Source of the DNA: a virus
Length of the DNA: 64,000 nucleotides
IMG/VR virus record: IMGVR_UViG_3300010244_000098
Strand: one strand, 5' to 3'
Made by a program: the position numbers and the translations under genes. The stretch's first letter is position 1. Each line of letters begins with the position of its first letter. This document shows positions 58,716 through 64,000 of this stretch, piece by piece. A model generated the notes under the pieces. It worked only from the letters and a program-made list of their open reading frames with translations, searched no databases and was not told the origin of the DNA.

Positions 58716-59014
58716 GTTTTGGTACTCTATCGTTCTTAGGTATAGTGAAACTGCCAGTCCTTTATATTCAAACACCTCTATGTTTTGGTACTCTATCGTT
58801 CTTAGGTATAGTGAAACGACGTCTGTTCGGCCAAAGGTGGCTGCGACTGTTTTGGTACTCTATCGTTCTTAGGTATAGTGAAACAGTAGCGAAGTAGATA
58901 ATTTGGTGGAAGGGTTTTGGTACTCTATCGTTCTTAGGTATAGTGAAACAGTAGCGAAGTAGATAATTTGGTGGAAGGGTTTTGGTACTCTATCGTTCTT
59001 AGGTATAGTGGAAA
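58716..59014 (+). CRISPR. type II CRISPR mini-array: 5 repeats, 4 spacers (3 unique)
   Basis: 36-nt repeat GTTTTGGTACTCTATCGTTCTTAGGTATAGTGAAAC at 58716, 58782, 58849, 58914 and 58979 (last degenerate); spacers of 30, 31, 29 and 29 nt, the last two identical. Confidence 0.98.
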
Positions 59015-59028
59015 TATTGCTCTAACAG

Positions 59029-59059
59029 AAACCGACATGGAGTTCCCTATGTCGGTTTT
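59029..59059 (+). terminator. terminator of the CRISPR array
   Basis: AAACCGACAT...ATGTCGGTTTT. Confidence 0.8.
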
Positions 59060-59297
59060 ATTGATTGGAAAATCATTTTTCCAATCATCAATAATAAAAT
59101 AACACTGTGTTCAAAGGAGAGATCACCCTTTATGAAAATAAACATACAAGCACGGCACGTTTATGATAAAATGGAAACACAAACACAATTACATAAAAAG
59201 CCCTATTCAATCATGCTACAGACCCCATCTGACGAAGAATGACCTGAAGACGCTCGTGAGTAAACGTATAGGGCTTTATAGAAAGGAAAGCCCATTT

Positions 59298-59465
59298 ATG
59301 GAAAATAAAAAAACAAAAATATATGTAGTTAAAACATACAATAAGAAAACCGACATCACAGGAAAACACATTTACAGAGCTATGGAGGACGCTATACGAC
59401 ATATCGAAGATATCCAGGAAGCTCCTCATCTATATCCTGACACACAGGCTTGGCTCGAATACTAA
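59298..59465 (+). CDS. small hypothetical protein
   Basis: RBS GAAAGGA before ATG 59298. Confidence 0.55.
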   Translation: MENKKTKIYVVKTYNKKTDITGKHIYRAMEDAIRHIEDIQEAPHLYPDTQAWLEY

Positions 59466-59472
59466 AACGGAG

Positions 59473-59871
59473 ATGAGACCAATGACTATTCAAAAACCAA
59501 ATACTTCTAAAGAAACCGTCATATTTTATTATGACGGTTTTTCTAAACCCGTTTTTATAGGAAACACGCTGCAGGACCTCGAGAGTGAGCTCTTTGGTGT
59601 TGCTAAAGAGGATCGGGTCGACGAATCCATCTATGAACCTATGAGCACTGAACTCGCAAATTCCTGGAATGACAGCTTCATTGATATCAACCTTGAAACC
59701 TACGCATACAACCTGCACGTCGCCCCCTCCTTGGAGGACATGACCCGCCGTTTGACATCCGTCAATTCTTTTATTTACGGCTTTGACAACCCTGAACGAC
59801 ACTTAGATGCTTTGATTGAGGACGTTGTTTATCAATCAACAAAGCAATCTGTTACTTCATTAACCAATTAA
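59473..59871 (+). CDS. small acidic hypothetical protein
   Basis: ORF in a co-oriented cluster. Confidence 0.65.
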   Translation: MRPMTIQKPNTSKETVIFYYDGFSKPVFIGNTLQDLESELFGVAKEDRVDESIYEPMSTELANSWNDSFIDINLETYAYNLHVAPSLEDMTRRLTSVNSFIYGFDNPERHLDALIEDVVYQSTKQSVTSLTN

Positions 59872-59939
59872 CGAATTGATAAATCAACGAAGTAACAAAC
59901 CAATAAATTAACAAATTAACAGAGTAACAAATAAACAAA
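59836..59939. repeat. 13-unit 8-bp-period array (same family as the parA-upstream array)
   Basis: TCAACAAA GCAATCTG TTACTTCA TTAACCAA TTAACGAA TTGATAAA TCAACGAA GTAACAAA CCAATAAA TTAACAAA TTAACAGA GTAACAAA TAAACAAA. Confidence 0.75.
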
Positions 59940-59949
59940 CAGAAAAGAG

Positions 59950-60237
59950 GTGTACGCCGTGAAGTTTGACAGCTTAGGAACTACACAAGGAATGTATGAC
60001 GGTAAGTATGTAGACCAAGATTATTACACTCTATCCGACTCATCGCCCATGTCCACAAAAGAGATCGATATTTATATTGATTACCGAGAGGATACGATAC
60101 GGGGCGATCAAATCGCCTATGGCAGTTGGGACGATATTCCGGAAGAAGAACTTTATGATTTCGTCCAGCAAATGGAAAAAGAGGGGTTATTGATTCGTCC
60201 GTTATCTAAGAAAATGAAGCAACGGATAAACCTATAA
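59950..60237 (+). CDS. small acidic hypothetical protein
   Basis: RBS AGAGGTG; real start possibly GTG 59959. Confidence 0.65.
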   Translation: MYAVKFDSLGTTQGMYDGKYVDQDYYTLSDSSPMSTKEIDIYIDYREDTIRGDQIAYGSWDDIPEEELYDFVQQMEKEGLLIRPLSKKMKQRINL

Positions 60238-60277
60238 TTCTACATAGTGAATAGAAACGACAAAAGGAGATAGACAA

Positions 60278-60661
60278 ATGAAAAAACAAATTTTTTACGC
60301 ACTGCCGAAGCTGGTTAGTGAATTCGAAGACTACATTAACTTTCAAGGCGACTACGATCCGGACGGGTACACAACCGACCGTGAAGAAGACCGTCTTATC
60401 GTGTTTGAAGAACGTATCCGAGATATTCTACCGGATGTTTACACCCATAGTTTCTACACGCCCGATGATGCCTTTAATCAAAGCATTCGCTATTTAAAAA
60501 AGGAGCTGGACGTCCCTGCGAACAAAGTAACTTTGTTCGACAATGACAATAGAATAGTTTTATACACTCTGTACCAAATCAGTGATGCGTCTACAAATAA
60601 CGTTCTCACAATCAAAATCAACGAAGTACGGCGCACCATTCATTTATTGGACCAAGTTTAA
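60278..60661 (+). CDS. small acidic hypothetical protein
   Basis: RBS AAAGGAG. Confidence 0.7.
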   Translation: MKKQIFYALPKLVSEFEDYINFQGDYDPDGYTTDREEDRLIVFEERIRDILPDVYTHSFYTPDDAFNQSIRYLKKELDVPANKVTLFDNDNRIVLYTLYQISDASTNNVLTIKINEVRRTIHLLDQV

Positions 60662-60676
60662 CCAAAACAACGAAGA

Positions 60677-61294
60677 TTGATTCGCCCATTGAAAACGAAA
60701 GAGATGATACCGGTGCATTCACCCATTATATACATAACAACAAACCACGATGCGTTATTTGATTTGACACAATCGGACGAGAAAGAACAATTCATAACCG
60801 AGGTCTATGATGACGATTTAGAAGACTCGTTTGGCACCTATGTCCCTGAGTCCGATTATTGGAGTATGGACACAACCAACGGTGAAGGGTGGCACAGGGG
60901 AAACTGGAACGTTCTTTCACTGATTGAAACGGAAATGGAAAGACTCACTGGCCGTATTCCAGACTTAAAGGAAGTAAAGCCCGGGGTTTATGCGTACACA
61001 ATAGTTTTACAAGACGCTGAGAATTACCAAAAATACAGAGCCAACGAGTTCCTTAAACAGGCCGATCAGATTAACAAGGTTGGTTCGAATAATACAAACG
61101 AGTTGAGAACAACAATCGATCTCGCTCACTTCTTTGTGAACAAAATCTCCAGTTCGAGTGTTAAGGTTGTCGGAAAAGAAAATGAATACGATAATGTTCG
61201 AACGCTCAACACCTATTTGTCAACGGTTATGTTCCAAAGAGAACCGATAACGTTGTATATTTACACAACCATTCAAGGCGACTATCATTCCTAG
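60677..61294 (+). CDS. hypothetical protein
   Basis: ORF in cluster; start uncertain. Confidence 0.65.
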   Translation: MIRPLKTKEMIPVHSPIIYITTNHDALFDLTQSDEKEQFITEVYDDDLEDSFGTYVPESDYWSMDTTNGEGWHRGNWNVLSLIETEMERLTGRIPDLKEVKPGVYAYTIVLQDAENYQKYRANEFLKQADQINKVGSNNTNELRTTIDLAHFFVNKISSSSVKVVGKENEYDNVRTLNTYLSTVMFQREPITLYIYTTIQGDYHS

Positions 61295-61357
61295 AATGAA
61301 AATTTCATAGAAGAAATAGAAACAAGCATACTAGACAAAATGAAAGGATATCGACGA

Positions 61358-61397
61358 GTAACAAATCAATAAATTAATTCATTAACAAATTAACAGG
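61358..61397. repeat. 5-unit 8-bp-period array abutting an RBS
   Basis: GTAACAAA TCAATAAA TTAATTCA TTAACAAA TTAACAGG. Confidence 0.65.
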
Positions 61398-61405
61398 AGG
61401 CCGTT

Positions 61406-62173
61406 ATGAATCCAGACCAATCATACATTCAAGGTTCGATAACATTTGAATCGAACGCTATTGACCAGTCCGATACTTTTTTGCAACAGGTTGTTTTATC
61501 CTTATTGCTAAAGGAAAGACCTTATTTTCATTTTCGTCATTTAAAAGAATCGGATATTGAATTTCAAAAAGCTTATCCGTTTGAGGATATCGTAGAGGGA
61601 AGAATCATGGATACGTTGTTTTCATCAAGTACATTGAATGAACGAATCCATCAACGATCCGATTTTAAACGAATCCATCCCAAATCTCAGTTTGATCAAC
61701 TGCAGATCAAAGTGGATTATACTGAGCTCAACGAAAATCGAAAGCTTCTCCAGACAGGGACTCTGCACTTAACATTCGATTATAATGATGACACGGACAG
61801 CGTCGCCATGTCGATTCTCAAGCACGAGGCGACCACCCACGAATACAATGCTCAAACTATTCAATCAATCACGGGTATGGACGCAATAGACACATTTACC
61901 TATGACGGAGTTGAACGTTTAGTATGGCATCTCAATCATTATTACGATCAACGCTCTGACTTATTGACCCATAATCCATTGATTAAGGCAATTACCGAGT
62001 ACCATCAAACGCTCGAAAACCCCGTGGGGTATTATTTGTCGATTTTCAGTGAAACAACGCCCAAACAGGTCATTCACACAGATGTCGATAATTATATTGA
62101 AGAATTGTTCGAAGATCATTTGCAAACATCTCAGACAGTTCAACATCAATTCTTAAAGACCATGGCTAAATGA
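61406..62173 (+). CDS. hypothetical protein
   Basis: RBS AGGAGG, 255 aa. Confidence 0.7.
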   Translation: MNPDQSYIQGSITFESNAIDQSDTFLQQVVLSLLLKERPYFHFRHLKESDIEFQKAYPFEDIVEGRIMDTLFSSSTLNERIHQRSDFKRIHPKSQFDQLQIKVDYTELNENRKLLQTGTLHLTFDYNDDTDSVAMSILKHEATTHEYNAQTIQSITGMDAIDTFTYDGVERLVWHLNHYYDQRSDLLTHNPLIKAITEYHQTLENPVGYYLSIFSETTPKQVIHTDVDNYIEELFEDHLQTSQTVQHQFLKTMAK

Positions 62174-62252
62174 CCAAATACAACGTTTCGCATAACGAGA
62201 ACCTGTTCATCGACATCTGTCTGCTGGATAAAATACAAAAAGAGGAGTACCT

Positions 62253-62576
62253 ATGAGTCGACCGTTTGACATAATGAGACAAAAAGGTATTGAGGTTTCC
62301 TATACTGGAGACATCATGATAGACGAAGAATTGATGATGAGTTTACAAAGCCGAGCCGGATTAGATATATCAGATAGAGACAGTATTGATACCACAAAGG
62401 TTATTGAAAATGCCTATACTCATGGCTTCACGAATCTGGGAGCTTTTGGCGGACGTACTGGGTCCTCTGATAACTTTGTTTTCCATATCAGTGACGACAA
62501 TGCCCAAGACTGGCTGTGGCAGACAGAGCTCGGTAAGGTCGTAGAAAAAACCATAGACAATGTCTTCCCGGGATAG
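62253..62576 (+). CDS. small acidic hypothetical protein
   Basis: RBS AGAGGAG. Confidence 0.7.
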   Translation: MSRPFDIMRQKGIEVSYTGDIMIDEELMMSLQSRAGLDISDRDSIDTTKVIENAYTHGFTNLGAFGGRTGSSDNFVFHISDDNAQDWLWQTELGKVVEKTIDNVFPG

Positions 62577-62736
62577 CATGAAGAAAAACGTATCCTCTTA
62601 TATTTACTTAAATATGAGAATACATTATACTAAATAAAGAAATATGGACGTACGATGCGTACGAGCTATTATCTTCTACACCCCAATTAAAAACCAGAAT
62701 TTAGACGCAAATAAATCCGAAAGGAGCTCTGACATC

Positions 62737-63042
62737 ATGAGCCTGGTACAACAATTAATAAAAAACGGGTGTAATTTTTCATCCTTAAAAAAGATAATAA
62801 CCGGCCTCACAATAGTAGGGATAGGGGCTTTTTCAGGGTGGTTTATTTTACCTAACGGAATAAGAGCCCTTATGAAAGAACCGTCATTATTCTTTTTTGG
62901 AATCATGGTCATAATGGGCGGAACCATAGGTTTGATTATGAGATATATCAAACAGTATCGTTATGACGCAATGAGGTTTCGGGACGATCAAATAGAACAA
63001 CAAATAAATAGCAGTATAGGTAATACGTATGAAGAATCATGA
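62737..63042 (+). CDS. small membrane protein
   Basis: RBS GAAAGGAG before ATG 62737; two TM helices. Confidence 0.65.
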   Translation: MSLVQQLIKNGCNFSSLKKIITGLTIVGIGAFSGWFILPNGIRALMKEPSLFFFGIMVIMGGTIGLIMRYIKQYRYDAMRFRDDQIEQQINSSIGNTYEES

Positions 63043-63253
63043 GACGCCTATCTATCGCATTTTACTCGGTTTATACTTAATGGTGCTTGTGCCTCTCTTG
63101 ACCATACTTGTCATCAATAGTAGTCCTGAGAGTGCACATCTAAATCGATTGTGGATCTTCGTAGCCGGCCTTTCATATGTTGATCTATTCATACTCATTG
63201 TCGAAAACGGAAAGGTCTTATTGAGCAATAAAAAACAACGCTATTTGAAATGA
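63029..63253 (+). CDS. small membrane protein
   Basis: Two TM helices; terminator at ~63265-63298. Confidence 0.6.
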   Translation: MKNHETPIYRILLGLYLMVLVPLLTILVINSSPESAHLNRLWIFVAGLSYVDLFILIVENGKVLLSNKKQRYLK

Positions 63254-63363
63254 AACAAGCATACAAAAAGCCTTCTACACTGAGTGGAGGGCTTTTTTCA
63301 ATTTAGAACGGAAAATAAAAAGAATCTCAATAGTATAATCCAAACGAAAGGACCGGTTGTTTT

Positions 63364-64000
63364 ATGAACCCCTCTACAAAAAATCAACATAGAGACTTTT
63401 TTAAAGAGTTTCAAAATAACCTTATCGATCCTCATGATAAATCAGCAAACCAAGCAGAGCCTCGGTTTTGGGTGTTAAGGCAAACAAAAGAACTCCCTAC
63501 CTCTGTCGATTTCGCAACGAAGACACAGTTGCTTTTATCCATAGATGAGGATGTACAAAAAATACACACTGTAAAAGAACTTATTGATTGGCTGGTAGAA
63601 AACAGTACAAACAGGAAGTTGCCACTGAAGTATATTAAAGCGTTTGTCGATGATGATAACAGGCGTCAACAATTGCTCAATCAAGACGATTATGAGGCGT
63701 TGTTCACTCATTATGCGAGAGAGCATTGGCACGTTACCAATGATAGAGCACCAAAAGATATTTATATTGCAGATATGAGATATGAAGAATTAGATCTCAT
63801 TGAAGATCTCCATAAATACAATGCAAATACCATTAGAGTATACGGTCTAAAAGAATATATCATGGAGATCCAGACTATCATTCCAAACACCTTGTTTCTA
63901 ACAAAAAAAGAAGCTGACGATCATATTGAAAACAACCAATGGCAGTATGAAAAAGACGTGCACCCCTATGAAATGACAGCACCATACTCCCCTCGGTTTA
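63364..64000 (+). CDS. phage/plasmid-type hypothetical protein (3'-truncated by window edge)
   Basis: Not in the ORF track. RBS GAAAGGA; MNPSTKNQ...NQAEPRFWVLRQ...PNTLFLTKKEADDHIENN...HPYEMTA. Confidence 0.65.
   Translation, partial: MNPSTKNQHRDFFKEFQNNLIDPHDKSANQAEPRFWVLRQTKELPTSVDFATKTQLLLSIDEDVQKIHTVKELIDWLVENSTNRKLPLKYIKAFVDDDNRRQQLLNQDDYEALFTHYAREHWHVTNDRAPKDIYIADMRYEELDLIEDLHKYNANTIRVYGLKEYIMEIQTIIPNTLFLTKKEADDHIENNQWQYEKDVHPYEMTAPYSPRF

Noticed and set aside
58752-58978. Self-targeting of the plasmid by the spacers
   Set aside because: Only short chance matches seen by eye (e.g. AAAGGTGGC near 9932); no protospacer-length match in the window.

Overview
A 64-kb segment of a large conjugative plasmid-like element from a low-GC Firmicute. 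The very acidic exported proteins and an LPXTG anchor suggest a salt-adapted lactic-acid-type host (inference). Genes diverge from a repeat-rich, origin-like region at ~32.1-33.0 kb. The left arm (minus strand) carries conjugation genes (VirD4 coupling protein, lysozyme/M23 hydrolase, TcpC/VirB8-like protein, LPXTG surface protein), a RecD2 helicase, and parE and parC. Between parE and parC lie a RepA_N-ParA-RHH replicon, an SOS-boxed yolD, and an AT-rich Rep_3 + Dam/REase + resolvase block that looks like a cointegrated small plasmid. The right arm (plus strand) encodes a phage-like replication set (primase-SF3 helicase, family B DNA polymerase, second prim-pol, SSB-like protein, SF2 helicase, MBL nuclease) and a class A PBP with a MapZ-like partner. 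It then has an intact compact Cas9 with tracrRNA and a 5-repeat array but no cas1/cas2/csn2, followed by small acidic orphan ORFs. Notable non-coding signals: an 18-bp operator shared by the parC and primase/PolB operons, four dispersed 8-bp-period arrays, a fold-back 5' extension on the tracrRNA, and tandem promoter-sRNA-terminator units. All family calls come from motif recognition by eye; no database search was run.
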